In this document: one piece after another, positions 62,779 through 64,000 of the stretch | Layout of the letters: every line of letters starts with the position of its first letter | How positions within the stretch are numbered: the stretch's first letter is position 1 | NCBI GenBank assembly: GCA_963815195.1 | Contig: CAWFGE010000015.1 | Span: 416,001-480,000 of the forward strand | DNA: 64,000 bases | Direction: 5' to 3' | Source: an uncultured Planctomycetaceae bacterium | GTDB taxonomy: Bacteria > Planctomycetota > Planctomycetia > Planctomycetales > Planctomycetaceae | Made by a program: the position numbers and the translations under genes | Notes under the pieces: model-generated | Told to the model about the DNA's origin: nothing | Databases searched by the model: none | Seen by the model: the letters and a program-made list of their open reading frames with translations, nothing else

Positions 62779-64000
62779 ATGTTTCAGGTGTGCCTCAGGA
62801 TCGGGTGGATCTTCAAGACCGAGACGGTGATCATGCCGGCGTTTTTGGACGCCATCGCCGGGGCGGGCTGGCTCCGCGGGTTTTTGCCGATTTTGAACCG
62901 CCTGGGCCAGAGCGTGCCGCCGCTTTTGTTCGCCGACCGCTTGCAGCACATGTCCCGAAAGAAATGGGCCCTCGTGAGCACGGCCCTGTTGATGGCGGTG
63001 CCGTTTTTGATCCTGTCCGCATTGTGGCTGTGGCTGGGCTGGCTGGGCGTCCCGCGGACGGATCAATGGTGGCTGCCGGTGGTGTTTCTCGTGCTGTACG
63101 CCGTGTTCTTCTCCATGACGGGCTTAAACCAGTTGTCCTTCAGCACGCTGCAAGGGAAATTGATTCAAGCCAACCGCCGGGGCCGGCTGATGACGGTCGC
63201 GGGGATCATTGGATCGGGCTGCGCGATCGTGTGTGCGTGGTTTTTGCTCCCGGCGTGGCTCCAGCGGGAAGGCGGCGGGTTTGGCTTGATCTTCGCCGTC
63301 ACCGGGCTGGGGTTTGTGCTTTCGGGATCGATCGGGCTGTTGGTCCAAGAGCCGGCCGACACGCTCCCGGCCCGGCACGTCCCGCCGCTTCGGGAATACT
63401 TCCGCCGGGCCTGGGAAACCTATCAAGGCGACGCGGACTTCCGCCGGCTCGCCTGGTGCACGATGCTGTTCATGGGCTCGCTGATGCTGTTCCCGCATTA
63501 TCAAGCGCTGGGGCGAATCCGGTTGGGCAGCGAGCAGCAGGACCTGTTGGGCTATCTGATCGCCCAGAACGCCGGGGCCGGGGGCTTTAGTTTGATCACC
63601 GGAGCGATCGCCGATTATTACGGCAACCGCTTGAGCCTGCGGGTGTGCATGTTTCTCTCGGCGACGGCTCCGCTCTTAGCGCCTCGGCCTCGCGAGCGGT
63701 TGGCTTCCCGGCGGCCGGGATTGGTATTGGCTGACGTTTGTCGTCCTGGGCCTGACGCCGTTGACGATCCGCAGCCTGATGAACTACACCCTCGAACTCG
63801 TCGAGGAAACCGGCCACGCCCGTTACGTCAGCACGCTGACTTTGACGATGGCCGTTCCGTTTCTGCTCTCGCCTTTGGTGGGCTGGTGCGTCGATTTGCT
63901 GGGCTTTGAGATTGTGTTCCTCTCGATCGACGCCCTGATCCTCAGCAGCGGTTTCATGACCTTCCGCCTCGTCGAACCCCGCCACGCCGCGGAGTTGTGA
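62779..64000 (+). CDS. MFS transporter; frameshift near 63680, true start may lie upstream
   Basis: GWIFKTETVIMPAF, GKLIQANRRGRL, GAIADYYGNR, second frame NYTLELV..RYVSTL..SPLVGWCVD..EPRH; stop at 63998-64000. Confidence 0.85.

Overview
GC-rich bacterial DNA, almost certainly a planctomycete: it carries DUF1549/DUF1553 cytochrome-c proteins, DUF1501, sulfatases, a lone fhcC and GYF_2-TM2. About ten otherwise intact genes are split by single 1-2 nt indels, which points to long-read assembly error rather than real pseudogenes. Two accessory loci stand out. (1) 406-14549, minus strand: a tightly coupled TRAFAC-GTPase/GAP1 'GTPase-centric conflict system'-like operon. Its GAP1 has a membrane-anchored C-terminal module that is duplicated as a stand-alone diverged paralog, and the operon is preceded by a giant SrfA-like/CarboxypepD_reg x8/YfaP/NPCBM protein. 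(2) ~44400-53800: an inorganic-carbon island with a three-gene DAB-type pump (DabA/DUF2309, DabB, second antiporter-like subunit). It is convergent with a non-carboxysomal CsoSCA-type carbonic anhydrase and preceded by a small hydrophobic uORF ending in RGPP, a candidate ribosome-arrest leader. The rest is housekeeping, transport and envelope genes (SSS symporter, HEAT repeat, rpiB, sulfatase maturase, BatA/vWA, HlyD, RraA, SurA-like, topA, sugar ABC ATPase, Kdo/WaaP kinase, quinone reductase, POT transporter, Uma2, DsbD, MFS) plus several REP/REPIN-like intergenic palindromes. I saw no rRNA, tRNA, CRISPR array or transposase. All family calls come from motif reading, not database searches.
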